Shown: positions 45,965 to 60,300 of the stretch, one piece after another
Layout: each line of letters starts with the position of its first letter
Numbering within the stretch: position 1 is the stretch's first letter
NCBI RefSeq assembly: GCF_006345805.1
Contig: NC_043009.1
Coordinates: 12,586,001 to 12,650,000 of the forward strand
Length of the DNA: 64,000 nucleotides
Origin: Octopus sinensis
Taxonomy: Eukaryota
Reading direction: 5' to 3'
The notes under the pieces: model-generated
Seen by the model: the letters and a program-made list of their open reading frames with translations, nothing else
The model's database searches: none
Told to the model about the DNA's origin: nothing
Position numbers and translations under genes: made by a program

Positions 45965-48900
45965 CCTATAATTACTGAATTTAGAGATGTTTTTATTGAA
46001 GCCTTTGATGATGAGGAGGAAAAGATAGCGACATATGACATAGAGGACAACTGGAAGTTCTTAAAGGACAATCTCTGCTGAGGGCAACAAACCAAATTCT
46101 GTGGTTGGAGCAAAGCTTCTGCTAGACCAAGGGTGACGTGGTGGTGGAACAGTGAAGTCAACAGAGCTATAAGACAGAAGAGACGGACTTGGAAAGACTG
46201 GGAGAGTAGAGGTAGCAAAGAACCATATCAGATAGCTAAAAGAGCAGCTAAGTGTCATGTTTACCTAGCTGAGAAGAGGTTTGCCTATTTCTTAAAGCAT
46301 GAAGAGGAGAGACTCGAGATGTTCCAGATTACAAGACAATGTGTTAGAGAGAATTGAGATGTGGGAGAGAAGTGTGTATGGACGAATAATGGTGTGCTTG
46401 CCGTTAGTAATCCTGAAAAGGAAGAGGTATGGAAGAGCTAAGAAAGGCTATTAAATGTGGAAAATGAATGGGAGAAAGGGAACCCAACAGAGGGGTCAGC
46501 TATTCTAGTTGACAGCGGCATGATAGGTAAGACAAAGAAATGAAGATAGAAAAGACCTCTGGCCCATCAGGAATCTCTGTTGAGATGCTTAATATATCTG
46601 GTAGATTTGTATATGGTTTAGGAAGAGGTATGGAAGAGCTAAGAAAGGCTATTAAATGTGGAAAATGAATGGAAGAAAGGGAACCCAACAGAGGGGTCAG
46701 CTATTCTAGTTGACAGCGGCATGATAGGTAAGACAAAGAAATGAAGATAGAAAAGACCTCTGGCCCATCAGGAATCTCTGTTGAGATGCTTAATATATCT
46801 GGTAGATTTGTATATGGTTTAGTTATCTGTATAGGTTATTCAGGAGAGCATAATCCCCAGCAACTATGCCTTGTAGAAGCATCATAGTCAGCTGCTACAA
46901 AAAGCAAAGGAAATGCTTTAGAGGGAAGTGATTATAAAGGTATCAAATTGCTGTATAATTACCAGGTAATGAAAGTTGCAGAGAGAGAGAGAGAGTTATA
47001 ACCCAATTAATTAGGAACAGAATTAGACTAGGTGAAATGCAGTTTGGCTTTGTCCCGAGGAGAAGCACCACAGATGCTATTTTCTTAGTCAAATAACTGC
47101 AAGAGAAGTATTTGGACAAGAGCAAGCCATTTTACTTGGCATTTATTGATCTAGAGAAAGCCTTCGACGGAGTACCATGCTCTGTGATATGGTGGCCTCT
47201 GCAGAAGGTAGGGGTAGATGAATGGCTTGTGAAAGCAGTACAGGTCATGTATGGGTTGCTGTTTGTAAAGTAAGAGTTAACCATAAGTACAGTGACGAAT
47301 CTGTGGAGGCACATGGCCTAGTGGTTAGAGCAGTGGACTCGCGGTCAAGGGATCACAGGTTCGAATCTCAGGCAGAGTGATGTGTGTGTTTATGTAGTTC
47401 CGGCAGAAGGTAATAGTGAACTTCTGCTGATACTTTCGCCACAACTTTCTCTCACTCTCTCTCCTCCTGCATCTAGCAGCTCACCTGAAATGGACAGGCA
47501 TCTGTCCATGTGGGAAACCTATACGCCAATGAAACCAGAAAACCTGGCCCTTATCAACCAAGCATGGCTCGAGAAAGAACAAACAACATCAGTGACGAAT
47601 TTAGTGTACAGGTATGTGTTCAACAAGGTTCAGTCCTCAAGCCCTCCTATTCATCATCCTTCTTCGGGCCATAACAGACAAATTTAAATTGGAAACCCAT
47701 GGGAACTACTACAAGATGATGATCTTGCCCTCATTGCAGAATCTGTAACAAAATTTGAGAAGAAATTTCAAGTGTGGAAACAAAACCTGGAATCAAAGGG
47801 TCTTAAAGTTAACTTAGCAAATATCAAGGTCCTAGTAAGCTAGAAATCAGACAGGACCCTACAATCTTCAGGTAAGTGGCCCTGTTTCGATATGTAGGAA
47901 GAGTGTAGGCAGAAATTCTATTTGGTGTACCCAATGCAAGCTATGGACACACAAGAAGTGCAGTGGAATAATAGGTAGGTTAACAGATAAAGTAGTGTTT
48001 GTGTGTGGAAAATGTGCAGGAGCCATAACAACTACAGATACATGGGAAACAGATTTCCTCAAATGTCATTAGCTGGGGAGGGTGCACTGAGAGTGTAGCT
48101 GCTAGAATAAGAATAGCCTGGGCAAAGTTCAGAGAGCTCTTACCTCTGCTGGTGACAAGTGCCTCTCGTTAGGAGTAAAAGGTAGACTGTATGATGTATG
48201 TGTGTGAACAGCCATGCTACATGGCTGTGAAACATGGCCCGTGACTGCTGAGAACATGTGAAGCTTGCAAGGAATGAAGTCAGTATGCTCCGATGGATGA
48301 GTAATGTCAGTGTGCATACTCGACAGAGTGTAAGTACCTTGAGAGAAAAGTTGGACCTAAGAAGCATCAGATGTAGTGTGAAAAAGAGACGACTGCGCTG
48401 GTATGGTCATGTGGCGAGAATGGATGAGGATAGCTGTGTGAAAAAGTGCCATACCATAGCAGTTGAGGGAACCTGTGGAAGAGGTAGACCCAGGAAGACT
48501 TGGGATGAGGTGGTGAAGCATGACCTTCAAACATTAAGCCTCACCGAGGCAATGACTATTGACTGGGACCTTTGGAAATATGCTGTGCTTGAGTAGACCC
48601 GGCAAGCCAAGTGAGACCATAACCTCATGGCCTATGCCAGGGGTGTAACCAGCCCACTTATGCATACCTTTCCTTCATTGGACACTAAACTCTGCTTGCA
48701 AAGACCTGTTGAGGCAAGTGAAATTGAAATCGAAATCAAATTTGATGACTGGCATCCGTGCTAGTGGAGCGGTAAGAGCACCATCCGAGAATGATCATTG
48801 CCAGAGCAGCAAACTGACTTCTGTGCCGGTGGTACGTAAAAGGCACCATTCGAGTATGATCATTACAGCGTCGCCTTACCGGCACTTGTGCCGGTAGCAC

Positions 48901-49210
48901 ATGAAAAAGAAAATTTGAGTGAGGTCGTTGCCAGTACCACTGGAATGGCTCCTGTGCAGGTGGCACATAAAAAACACTATTTGAGCATGGCTGTTGCCAT
49001 TACCGCCTGACTGGCCCTCGTGCCGGTGGCACATAAAAGCACCCACTACACTCTCAGAGTGGTTGGCGTTAGGAAGGACATCCAGCTGTAGAAACTCTGC
49101 CAGATCGGGCTGGAGCCTGGTGCAGCCATCTGCTTCGCTAGTCCTCAGTCAAATCGTCCAACCCATGCTAGCATGGAAAACGGAGGTTAAACGATGATGA
49201 TTATGATGAT
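45965..49210 (+). mobile_element. Decayed about 3.2-kb RTE LINE with a 201-bp tandem duplication and a nested SINE
   Basis: TWWWNSEV, QFGFVP.RSTTDAIF, FIDLEKAFD and [12 protein letters not shown] peptides; block repeated at 46421/46622; 3'UTR and GAT tail to about 49210. Confidence 0.88.
47301..47589 (+). mobile_element. tRNA(Arg-like)-derived SINE inserted in the RTE with an 11-bp TSD
   Basis: TSD CAGTGACGAAT at 47290-47300 and 47590-47600; A box TGGCCTAGTGG and B box GGTTCGAATC. A related head and body lie at 23690-23985 (-). Confidence 0.85.
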
Positions 49211-49215
49211 ATGTA

Positions 49216-49618
49216 TACTCTTTTACTTGTTTCAGTCATTTGTGTGCGGCCATGCTGGAGCACTGCATTTAGTCAAGCAACTCGACCCCAGGACTTATTC
49301 TCTGTAAGCCTATTACTTATTCTATTAGTCTCTTTTGCTGAACCGTTAAGGTACAGGGATGTAAACACACCAGCATCGGTTGTCAAGCGATGTTGGGGGG
49401 ACAAACACAGACACACAAACACACACACACATATATATATATATATACATATACATGACGGGCTTCTTTCAGTTTCCGTCTACCAAATTCACTCACAAGG
49501 CTTTGGTCGGCCCGAGGCTATAGTAGAAGACACTTGCCCAAGGTGCCACGCAGTGGGACTGAACCCGGAACCATGTGGTTGGTAAGCAAGCTACTTACCA
49601 CACAGCCAGTCCTGCGCC
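49216..49618 (-). mobile_element. tRNA-derived SINE, family A
   Basis: Full-length reverse copy. Confidence 0.9.
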
Positions 49619-49652
<34 letters not shown>

Positions 49653-49990
49653 TATTTCGTTTCTCTATTTGGTTTGCAAGATTCTTTATGTGAATTTGTG
49701 TGTTGAAGCATATTTTATTGTCTAGAGAGAGGCATTTTGTTTTAATGCCTTATTAATTAACACACTCACTGGTTTGATTTCCACTCATTTATTTATTTAT
49801 TTTTTCTAAATTTTTCCTTGCTTCTTGCAACCTCTTCAATAGTCGTTGACTCGGGGCTGCATTCTGTTTGTTTGTGCATCAGTGTGCACGTGTTTACACA
49901 TATGTATGTGTGTATGTATTTGTGTGTGTACTGCTGTCTCCTTGTGTATGTGTATGGGTTTGTGTGATTATGTACGTGCATCTGTATATT

Positions 49991-50030
<40 letters not shown>

Positions 50031-50406
50031 CTTATCTGAGTTTCAGATGCCGAAGTGGAAAACCACAACACCATCTCTTCGGTTATCTGGCATCTGAAAC
50101 TCAGAGTTTTATCTTGGCTATTGAATAATTGTCACATATTATTTTATAGATAAATTTCCTCTATTTACATAATATTGAGGTCTCTTTCTTTCTTTTGTTA
50201 TCTTACGGTTTTTACCAATATATATATATATATTTTTATTTATTTTTTAATTTTATTTTATCTAGTTTCAGCTCACGAGCTGTGGCCATGCTGGGGCACC
50301 GCCATTTGCGGGGGCACCGCCATATATTTATATATACATACAAATGTGTGTGTGTGCATACATTACCTAATATAACTTTCCCCTCTATCCACTTGGTTTT
50401 TATTTG

Positions 50407-50834
50407 GGCGATCTTTCGTCTCTAGTAGACCTTTCCGTCGATTTCCGTAAAAATTTTTTTTTTTCTACATATGGGCTTGCGGGAACTTTTGAAGTAATAT
50501 ACATACATATACACATACACCGAGTAAAAATTTCACTTATCTCTCTCTTTCACACATTACTCTGTCTCTTCACACACACTAACAGAAGCACTTCACTTAC
50601 ACAACATACTGTCTGTCTCCCACACCCCATCAAACATACACACACACACATGTACATCAATGCTTCACATGCACGGTAACTTCAAAAGAACTTCCCTCGT
50701 CATACAATCGCTTTCTCTTAGTCTCTTTCGCTCTCATTACTTCAAAAGTTCCCGCAAGCCCATATGTAAAAAAAAAAAAAAAATTTTTTTTTACGGAAAT
50801 CGACGGAAAGGTCTACTAGAGACGAAAGATTGCC
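50407..50834. mobile_element. MITE with about 90-bp TIRs, 257 bp upstream of the PGK ATG
   Basis: 50407-50498 and 50736-50834 are near-perfect reverse complements. Confidence 0.85.
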
Positions 50835-50978
50835 TACCTTTATTTGTAATTGCTTTGTTGCGGTTTGAAGGTAATTCGGCTGTTATTTCTAGCTTGCCGA
50901 GCGTCCACTATTCACACGACCGTCTTATGTGCAATAAAGGGAAAAAAAGCCGAGCCTCGTGTCGGTATAGCATGCTCT

Positions 50979-51048
50979 TGTGACGTCACAGAACGACTCG
51001 GCTCTATTTCCTCACTCCGTGACAGGCCGCCTAAGGTAGCATCACGTA
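50979..51048 (+). promoter_or_regulatory. PGK proximal promoter: palindromic CRE and an RCGTG core
   Basis: 12-bp palindrome TGTGACGTCACA (50979-50990) containing TGACGTCA, about 100 bp upstream of the ATG; TACGTG on the minus strand at 51043-51048. Confidence 0.45.
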
Positions 51049-51090
51049 TTTTGTTTGATCTAAGCATCCAACAAAACCGAACTACACAGA

Positions 51091-51484
51091 ATGGCTTTCA
51101 ACAAACTCGGCATTGACGATATTGATGTCAGTGACCAAAGGGTGCTACTCAGGTAAGCCTTACAGCATCTTTTTTTAAAGGGTGCATCGTTTATATATTT
51201 TGCTTGGCAATAGCTTCTTTCTGCTTACGACCTTGAACTCCTCTTGACGACCTTGTGTTGTGGTGCGCAACTGTCAAGGTTGGGCCTGTATACATTTACA
51301 TGTATCTATGTATACATATACATAGATACATGTATGTATATATATATACATGTATCTATATAAATAGATACATGTATCTATGTATATATATATATATATA
51401 TATATACACATACATGTATCTATGTATATATATACATGTATCTATGTATATATATATATACATAGATACATGTATCTATCTATG

Positions 51485-51516
<32 letters not shown>

Positions 51517-51877
51517 ATATATACATAGATACATGTATCTATCTATGTATATATATATATATATATACATACATGTATCTATGTATATATATATACATAC
51601 ATACATGTATGCATATACATACATGTATCTATGTATATATATATATACATACATACATGTATGCATATACATACATGTATCTATGTATATATACATACAT
51701 ACATGTATGCATATACATACATGTATCTATGTATATATATATACATACATACATGTATGCATATACATACATGTATTTATGTATATATATACATACATAC
51801 ATGTATGCATATACATACATGTATTTATGTATATATATACATACATACATGTATGCATATACATACATGTATGTATG

Positions 51878-51922
<45 letters not shown>

Positions 51923-51932
51923 TATATACTTG

Positions 51933-51964
<32 letters not shown>

Positions 51965-54900
51965 ATGTGTGTGTGCTTATTATCATTAGTTTTGTATTTG
52001 AAGGTTATTTGCAGATCGAAGTCAGTTTCTTCTTCGCGTTGCGTTCGCTTTTGAATATGAAACTAAAAAAAAAATCAAATTTCCTTTTGATTTAAGAACA
52101 GAAATAGAAATCGAACCGATCTCAACTTTTTCCCTTTTTCCTTTCGTCCTTCTGCGATTCTTTAAAAATCAAATATTCGTTACGTATCGCGAATCATATA
52201 TTTTCATAATGCGTTCTAGATATGGAAATTGAATTATCGTAGAAGACAAACATGTCCGTTATTATAACGACTCTCACTAAACGCTTCCAGTGCAATATAA
52301 AACCATTCCGTTTGGCAACGCTGCGTACATAACTAATCTTCGATTATAAAATTTTTGTAAGATAATCGTTGTAGGGTTAAAATCCAATTTTCTTTATTAG
52401 CCGCAACGGCCCAAACACAGAGGGGGGACAATACAGCCTGATTGGGGTCAGACACAATGATTATATGGCTTTTGAAATTGAAATCGAATGAGATACACAA
52501 CAAGGGCGAAATACAAACATGAAATGAAGCAGAGAGATGGCTTACGCTCCGGCCCCATGGATGTAGGGTTACATCCATGAAAATAAACATTTCAGGGGTG
52601 TGTCCTTTCTGAAAGATGGTTGTAAATCTCGATATACTTCATTGCAGACCCTTCTATAAATAAAACGTAGTTCTCAGTTTAATTAATACTGTTAGAAATG
52701 TTAAGTAATTATTTTGTAATCAGTCTGCATACGTCATGGTATTTAGTTACTAGTTAGAGTTTTTTTTTCGTTCTTAGTTCAAATTCTGCATCGATTAACT
52801 TTACCTTTCATCCTTCGAGGTCGATGAAATAAATAACTAATCACGTACTAAAAAGCGATCAATATAACTGATTAATCCAATTTCGGAAGTTGCTGGTTTG
52901 TACCCGTGTAAAAATATTTAGTCCCTCGTAGAGAATATCATTATTAGCTATTTTCCTTAAGAAAAAAAACCCATCTTTATTTGTATTCTTTTGTGGACCC
53001 CTTTCCCAAATATTTGGCTTGTGAAAAAAACCCCAACAAAACAAACTTCTATCAGGATATATATATATAAATAGGTGTGTATTTTTGCCTTGTTAACAAT
53101 TAAAACGGAAAAAATAAATATATAGTTACCAGGGTAGTGAATGAAAATATAATATTATATTATATATATATATATAATGATGTTAAAAGCAACAATAATA
53201 ATATTCTTAACGGGACTCTTTAAAAAATTTTTTTTACATAAACGCAAAGCAGATATTTGAGAATAGGGGTTCGAGCAGAGTGATGGTAATGAATATTTAT
53301 TTTTCAATAATAAAAGTATTTATTTTTATTTATTTATGAAAGACATTTAACTCCTCACTTCGCTTTCCCAAATATCTGGTTTGCGTTTATGTATAAAAAA
53401 AAATTTAAAATAAGGGTCCCGTTAAGAATATTATTATTGTTGTTGTTATTAACGTTATTTTTTAATTAAAAAAAATCTTTATTTCTATTTGTTTATGATT
53501 GACTCTATCTTAATTCATCCGTGTGCAATGCCCACCTTTTTCGTCCGTTTTTCCTGAAGCGTTGTTTCAGAAATGTTCCATTTGAAGTTTTGTATCGGAT
53601 TTTACGAGAAACGCTCGAACAACTGGAATTCAAAACCTCAGTAGTGTTTCTTCTACTGTCAATTAGTTTGTGTTTAGGTATGAAGACCAGAATATTTAGC
53701 AGTGAGAGATTAGCCAAGTTGTGATACTTATAAGGACTTCGGGAACAGCATTAAAAATTGGCTCAGAATTTCTACGAGATGAAATAAATGTTTGGCCCTT
53801 TGTTGTTCACATGAAATTGTTTCAGATCAAACCTAAACTACTTTAATTTGTTGGATAATGTGGGTATATTTTGGTTTAAATCGGACTCCGATGGAATCCG
53901 ATTTAAACCAAAATATACCCACATTATCCTATGTTTGTGTATGGTTATGTAGCGTTGTGCTGTTTAGGCCAAGATTAACCCTGATTGAACAGCCCTTTGT
54001 TTAAAGGTGTTTTCAGACACGACAGTCTTGAGTTTTGGTAGGAGTGCAAAGGTTGAACTGTCACCACTTTTAAGACGGTGGGCTGTTTATATGCGGGAGA
54101 TTTGACTGCTATTTCTAGCAGCTCGGCGGCCTCGTTAACTCACTTATTGGTTCAAATTTCAGCGTCTTTTAATGTAGGTTGGGGATCTTTTCGGTTTGAA
54201 CGGCAGTTTTTAACATAATTCCTAGGTAACTAAAAAATTTTAAACTTCTTATACTGGTAGAATGTGTTTATAAAACATCATTTTCTCTTCGCTTTATTGA
54301 GAAAATTCTATGGTTTGTAAGATATTTGTTGTTGTTTTTTCTTCAATTTCTGCAATTTCGACCAATCACTGACGTCTATTGAGGTAAAAAACATTCTGTG
54401 CCGTATGAATATGTCCCTCGTTTAAGAAACAGATTGGGTTTATTTACATTTCTGAAGAAAAAAGAGATACTCTTCCCCCTAACCCTAACCCAGATTGAAA
54501 TGCAATAGATCGATACTAGGGTCATAATTATGGGTGAAAATTTCATATGACAGCGCTAGAAAAAACTGCCGTTCAAACCGAAAAGATCCAGTAGAGAAAA
54601 CTACTGTAAAACTTGTTGAGAGAGAAAAGTGCAAGGAAAGAAGGAAGGAAGACTGTATTTCAATGATGGGTCGTGTATTTGAGATAGTTTATGAGGACAA
54701 GTCTGTTGGCCTGATAAAAGGTAAACTAGGTAACCTGGAATGTATGGCTGTTTACTAATTACATTGTCTATATATCATTGTTATTATAAGTGAGTCAGTT
54801 CATTAGGTGTTAATTGCAATCTTTTCTCTACAGTTTAATTAATAGTAAACAAGTCGTTACATTATCTCCTGTAAAGTGTTTCAGACAAAGCAATGAATGT

Positions 54901-57318
54901 TTTGTGATGTTTCTGCGTAAATTTAAGGTGAGTCAGTAATTAGTTTGATTAGGTCCAGGCGATTGTAAACATTAATTGCAGGAATGTTTGGTTTAGTTTA
55001 GCTGTTATTGAAGAACTGGCTTTTGCAATCTGGTGTTAGGTTTGCTCTCAAGAATACTTTAGTAGTATCCTCCGTTGCAGAGCTTCCAAGTGGTGTATCT
55101 GAACGGATCATGTCATGCCATATTAAACTGACAAAAGATAGGTTTCTTACTGTTGTCGGTATTTATGCACCAACAATGTCCCATTCTGATGAAACTGTAG
55201 GACAGTTTTATGATGATCTAGCATAATTATTGAGGAAAGTACCAATTTCTGACAAGCGGGTCATATTGGGAGATTTAAGTGCTAGAGTTGGAAAGTACTA
55301 CGTTTCATGGTCTGTTTTAGGTCGACAGGATTGTAAAATGTAATCAAAATGGAGTAGCTCTTTTGACATTTTCTACTGAGAATAATCTGGTTGTCACCAA
55401 CACTCTATTTAAGCAGAAGAATATAAAACCACCTGGATACACCCAAGATCTAAGCACTGGCATCTCATACATTATATTCTGATCAGAAAATGTGATATGA
55501 AAGAGGGGGCAGAGAGCTGGACTGACCCATCATGTGTGTGGAAAAATAGCTTTTTCGATCATGTCTAAAAATCGACAGTCTGGTCCTAAAGTACCCAAAA
55601 TGTTAAATGTTGCAAACTTTAAATTATCAAGCAACTTGCAAAGATTCCATGATGCTATAGAAAGTATCAATCTTGACCCAAACAATCTATGGGAAAATTT
55701 AAAAACAAAAATATTTAAAGCTGCAAGTTTGTCAGTGGGATTTTAATCACATAAGTCCAGTGACTGGTTCGCAGATAGATCAGCAGAAATTCGCGATCTA
55801 CTTTTAGAAAAACGAAACTTAAGCAATACACTTCTTTCTCAAATAAAGATTACAGAAAGCTGAAAATGAAAGTGCAGACTGCTGTAAGGAAAATTAAACA
55901 GGAATGGTGGAATGATAGAACAAAAGGGGCACACGAAGCATGATGCCAAGGGTTTGTACTGTTATGTTAAGGAGGTATATGGCCCAAAATCTTCAATTGC
56001 TCCAGTGAGAACAGCAAATGGACATTTGCTTCTGACTGACACCGCTTCTATACATAAGTGCTGGGTAGAAGATTTTTCTGCACTTTTGAATAGACCATCA
56101 TCTGCTGACATGAGGATGATAGAAATAATTGAACACCTTCCAGTTGTAGAAGAGGTGGCATTTGAACCAGCTTTAGAGATTTCCAGGTTCTGATGGAATC
56201 TGTGCAGAAGTCTTGAAATATGGGGGTGATAAAATGTTAGAACTCTTAAATATATTAATTTGTCACTGTTGGAGAACTGAGAAAGTGACTGCTGAGGACA
56301 TGCGTAAGCTTGCAAAGAATGAAGCCAGTATGATCCGATGTATATGTAATGTCAGTGTGCATACTCAACAGAGTGTAAGTGCCTTGAGAGAAAAGTTGGA
56401 CCTAAGAAACATCAGATGTGGTGTGCAAGAGAGACGACGGTGCTGGTATGGTCATGTGGCAAGAATGGATGAGAAGCGCTGTGTGAAAAAGTGCCACACC
56501 CTAGTGGTTGAGGGAACCTGTGGAAGAGGTAGACCCAGGAAGACCTGGGATGAAGTGGTGAAGTATGACCTTCGAACATTAGGCCTCACCGAGGCAATGA
56601 CTAGTGACCAAGACTTTAGGAAATATGCTGTGCTTGAGAAGACCCGGCAGGACAAGTGAGACCATAACTTTGTGGTCTATGCCAGTGGTGTAACCAGCCC
56701 ACTTATGCGCACCTTTCCTTCATTGAACACTAAACTCTGCTTGCAAAGACCTGGAAGTGAAATGGAAATCAAATTCGATGACAGGAACCTGTGCTAGTGG
56801 GGTGCTAAGAGCACCATCCGTGCATGATCGTTGACAGAGTGGCTAACTGGCTTCCGTGCTGGTGGCACGTAAAAGGCACCATTCGAGAGTGAACGTTACA
56901 AGCGCCGCCTTACTGGCACTTGTGCTGATGGCACGTGAAAAAACATTTGAGCGAGATCATTGCCAGTACCGCCTGTCTGGCTCCCATGCCAGTGGCATGT
57001 AAAAACACCCACTACACTCTCGCAGTGGTTGGCGTTAGGAAGGGCATCCAGCTGTAGAAATTCTGCCAGATCAAGATTGGAGCCTGGTTCGCCAGTCCTC
57101 AGTAAAATCATCCAACCCATGCTAGCATGGAAAGCAGATGTTAAATGATGATGATGATATATAGGTTATGTATATGTATATATATATATATATATATAAG
57201 TAGACAAATGAATTATCTTATTACGGATATTTCAAAAGATAACCGATTCCTGGGTAGCAAACTCACAACAGAAAAAGCACGGTTGAAGTTACGACCATAG
57301 GGCATAAATTTTCTATAC

Positions 57319-57352
<34 letters not shown>

Positions 57353-60300
57353 TTATATATAAGTATATATATATATAGGTTATATATAAGTATATATATA
57401 TATAGGTTATATATAAGTATATATATATATAGGTTATATATAAGTATATATATATAGGTTATATATAAGTATATATATATATAGGTTATATATAAGTATA
57501 TATATATATAGGTATATATAAGTATATATATATATATAGGTTATATATAAGTATATATATATATATAGGTTATATATAAATATATATATATATAGGTTAT
57601 ATATAAGTATATATATATATAGGTTATATATAAGTATATATATATATAGGTTATATATAAGTATATATATATATAGGTTATATATATATATATATAGCAA
57701 TTAAGGAGAACTACTTAATAAGGAAAACTTAACAAGAAATTGTCAGGTAGATAGCGTAAAAACCTCATAAGAGAAAAAATTTCGAAAAAAATTATTTCTT
57801 ATTGAACATATTAATTTATATATAGAGGGCATTATACATACATGCCAGGAGGCATTGTATATACATGCCAAACGCTAAGAGGGACAATCATTCATCATTT
57901 CTACCAAAAATATTACTAATCCCACCGAATGCAATTTTTCAAAGTAGACATTAAAATATAGGCCTGTATCACAGTGATTTCATACGTAAGTATGAAATCA
58001 CTGTGATACAGGCCTATATTTTAAATGTCTTACTTTGAAAAATTGCATTCGGTGGGATTAGTAATATTTTTGGTAGAATGACTGATTGTCCCTCTTAGCG
58101 TTTGGCATGTATATACATGCCTCCTGGCATGTATGTATAATGCCCTCTATATATAAATTATATATATATATATATATAGGTTATATATAAGTATATATAT
58201 ATATAGGTTATATATAAGTATATATATATATAGGTTATATAAGTATATATATATATAGGTTATATATATATATATATATATAGGTTATATATATAATATA
58301 TAGGTTATATAATATATATATATAATGTCGTCCTTCGGTTCGAATGACCAACTGACATCATCTGATGGAACTGCCGCCATGAGACCGGAGGTGGCTGGTG
58401 AGGCCAATCCGGGCAAGGAAGCCCCTCCCACAGGTGGGGCAGAAGTGGGTAGGGGCAGTGCTACTGGTGCAGGCGGCTCTGACTTTACGCATCTGACGTT
58501 TCTGCTCCGCTGACCGAATCCGTCCCTCCTCGGCTGTCCCTGCTCCCACGGTGATTGCGCTGCGCCAGGATGAGCGGTTGGCAGCAAGTGTCTCCCAGGT
58601 CTCTGTTCCGATGGAGAAGTCTTTGAGAGAGACCTTGAGACTATCCTTGTAGCGCTTTTCTGCCCTCCAACTTTGCGCCTGCCCTGGCCGAGTTCACCGT
58701 AGAAGAGCTTTTTGGGATGCGAGTGTCGGACATGCGGGAGACATGGCCCGCCCATCTCAGCTGGGCTTGCGCATGATTGTGATGGTGGCTAGGGAGATCT
58801 GCCTGCTTCAGAACTTCCGTGTCTGGGACTTTGTCCTGCCAGCGGATGTGAAGGAGATTCCGAAGACACCTGAGATGGAAGTGGTTTATCTGGCGCTCGT
58901 GCCTTCGGTAAGCAGTCCACGTCTCGCAGCCGTATAGTAGAGTGGTAAGCACGACTGCCCGGTAGACTTTCAGCTTGGTGTTGAGGCTGATTCCTCTCCG
59001 CTCCCAGACTTTCTCTCGCAGTCTCCCAAACGCGCTGCTTGCCTTGGAGATTCTGTTGATGGTTTCACAGCATCTATGTTGGCATTGCAGGAGAGAGTGC
59101 TGCCCAGGTAGGTGAAGTTTTCCACCACTCGTAAGATCCGTCCGTTCACCCTTATCTGAGGCTCATGGTATTGTTTGCCGGGGGCTGGCTGAAACATCAC
59201 TTCGGTTTTCTTTGCACTGATGGTGAGACCGAAGTTGTCACAGGCTGATGAGAACCTGTCCATCTCGAGCTGCATCTCCTGCTCATCGATTGCATTAAGG
59301 GCGCAGTCGTCAGCAAAGAGAAAGTCTCTGACGACTGTCTCCCTCACCTTTGTGACAGCCTGCAATCTCCTGGAGTTGAAAAGTTTCCCGTCTGTCCTGT
59401 ATTGATGTTGATACCGGACTTGCAGTCCCTAAAGGCGTCGACATCATTGCCGAGAACATGATGCTGAACAGTGTTGGGGCCAGGACACAGCCCTGCCTGA
59501 CTCCGTTGGTCACCTGGAAGGCTTCAGATGAGTCGCCGTCCTCAAGGATTCTGGCTGTCATTCCGTCGTGGAACTGGCGGACAATTGCAATAATTTGCTG
59601 GGGCAACCAAATTTTCCCATGACCTTCCATAGTCCCTCCCGACTGACTGTATCAAAGGCCTTGGTGAGGTCAACAAAGGTCATGCAGAGGTCAAGGTGCT
59701 GCTCCATGCATTTCTCCTGGAGCTGGCGGGCGGCGAATATCATGTCAGTGGTTCCCTCGACCCGCACGGAAGCCACACTGGCTCTCAGGGAGAAGGCCTT
59801 GCTCCAAGTGTTCCAGAAGGCGGTCAAGCAGGACCCGGGCCAGGATCTTGCCTGCTATGGACAAGAGGAAATACCTCGGTGGTTGTCGCAGGACTGCCGA
59901 TCTCCTTCCGCTTATAAATGTGGACGATTGTTGCATCCCGGAAATCTTGAGGGAGTTGTTCCCTGTCCCACATCGACTGGAACAGGCTGGTGAGCTGACT
60001 GATCATGGTGGGGCCTCCCGACTTGAACACCTCTCTGCAGGGATGGCGTCAGAGCCTGGAGCTTTGCCGGTGGACATTTTTTTGATGGCTCTGCTCACTT
60101 CCCCGACTGCAGGGGTACAGCCAACTCGTGGTTTGTCGGCACCTGGGGGAGTCGTGCGATGGCTTCCTCGTTGATCTGGGCTGGTCGGTTGAGCACGATG
60201 TTGAAGTGCTCCGCCCATCTCTCCAGGATCAGCCTCTTGTTAGTCAGGAGTGAGGTTCCATCTGAGCTGAGCAGGGGGGTTGATCCAAAGGTTATATATA

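Noticed and set aside
47305-47375. Possible tRNA-Arg gene (and other tRNA-like heads)
   Set aside because: There is no proper acceptor stem; the sequence continues into a SINE body and is bounded by a TSD.
51255-52095. Long Y/I/M/H/C-rich ORFs in the ORF track (also 9437-9715, 57434-57700, 60582-60851)
   Set aside because: They are translations of (TA)n/(TACA)n microsatellites.
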